Part shown: positions 15,985 to 16,588 of the stretch, in pieces | Numbering within the stretch: position 1 is the first letter of the stretch | How the letters are laid out: the number at the start of each line of letters is the position of its first letter | Source: Planctomycetota bacterium | GTDB lineage: Bacteria; Planctomycetota; SZUA-567; H5-PLA8 | NCBI GenBank assembly: GCA_038227875.1 | Contig: JBBRPR010000105.1 | Coordinates: 1 to 16,588 of the forward strand | Length of the DNA stretch: 16,588 bases | Direction: 5' to 3' | Translations under genes and position numbers: made by a program | Notes under the pieces: generated by a model | Told to the model about the DNA's origin: nothing | Databases searched by the model: none | What the model saw: only the letters and a program-made list of their open reading frames with translations

Positions 15985-16542
15985 AAGACGGAGAACCGTT
16001 TCGCTGGTCCGCGACTCGGTATATCTGAATACAATCTCGCTGCAGTTCGCTCCGCCGATCAAGACCCACACGCGAACGCGATCGCATTGTCCCGGTGCTT
16101 GCACGCGCACGTCCGTATCATCGGCGTGCAGTTTGAATCCGTTCAGGATTTCCATTTCCTGCGCGCGCATGATCGGCGCCAGTAATTTGCCCAGCCAGAT
16201 CATCCAAGAGCAGATCGTCGAGCGTGCCAGCGGGCAACCCAGTTCCGCAAACAATCGTTCGATCCGGTATAGCGTTCGATGGTAATGCAGCCGATCGATT
16301 GCAATCTGCGTCAGGATCTCCGGAGAGGCCGCGCACTTCGGAAACACCTTGATCATGCCGCCCACCGTCACCAGCCGCGTTTCGCCGTCGCAGGTCGAAT
16401 ACAAAACCGCCGGCCGCTTATGGACGATGACGTGCGGGCGCGGCAAGACCAATTCCTCGCAGGTGTCGTGATCGATGACCTTGAATCCTTTGGCGGGATC
16501 GAAATTGGGAAGATCGCGGGCGGGATCGAGGAAGCGTCCCAC
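15985..16542 (-). mobile_element. tnpC: Internal fragment of an IS66-family transposase (TnpC)
   Basis: HYHRTLYRIERLF...G..LARSTICSW......LAPI......IL....LHADDTDVRV..PG....RVWV...VFRYTESR. Similarity stops at about 15985, before the later catalytic residues; the N-terminal region and tnpA/tnpB are not in the window. Confidence 0.88.
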
Positions 16543-16588
16543 TGATTGTTGAAAATTGAAGAGCGTCCTGTGCCGATGAAGAAAGGTA

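Overview
Bacterial accessory region of moderately high, patchy GC, in three parts. The host may be a Planctomycetota/PVC organism, but this is only a loose inference from the gene types. (1) 1-6.7 kb is an intact-looking regulatory/catabolic block: two AraR-type regulators (GntR wHTH + LacI-type sensor) flank an 830-aa double zinc-ribbon membrane protein, with a divergent ceramidase-like amidohydrolase. (2) 6.9-14.4 kb is a co-oriented (+) small-molecule biosynthetic cluster: class I methyltransferase (one frameshift), extended SDR, Cys-rich PP-loop amidotransferase-like ATPase, DUF2892 membrane protein, FeeM-type N-acyl amino acid synthase, ThiF adenylyltransferase and nitroreductase, then a decayed ABC permease. 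The synthase + ThiF + nitroreductase trio matches the OxzA/OxzB oxazolone synthetase logic, but with OxzB split into two genes and with extra tailoring enzymes nearby. Not shown in the ORF track are two truncated ECF sigma-factor stubs at cassette boundaries and a diverged duplicate of the DUF2892 5' end; the two DUF2892 copies bracket the SDR/PP-loop pair. (3) 14.4-16.6 kb is a series of fragments: Ig-like and HEAT remnants, a probable ISNCY-type transposase stub, the 3' half of a delta-9-type desaturase and a truncated IS66 transposase. No rRNA, tRNA or CRISPR array was seen. All family calls come from motif recognition by eye, not from database searches.
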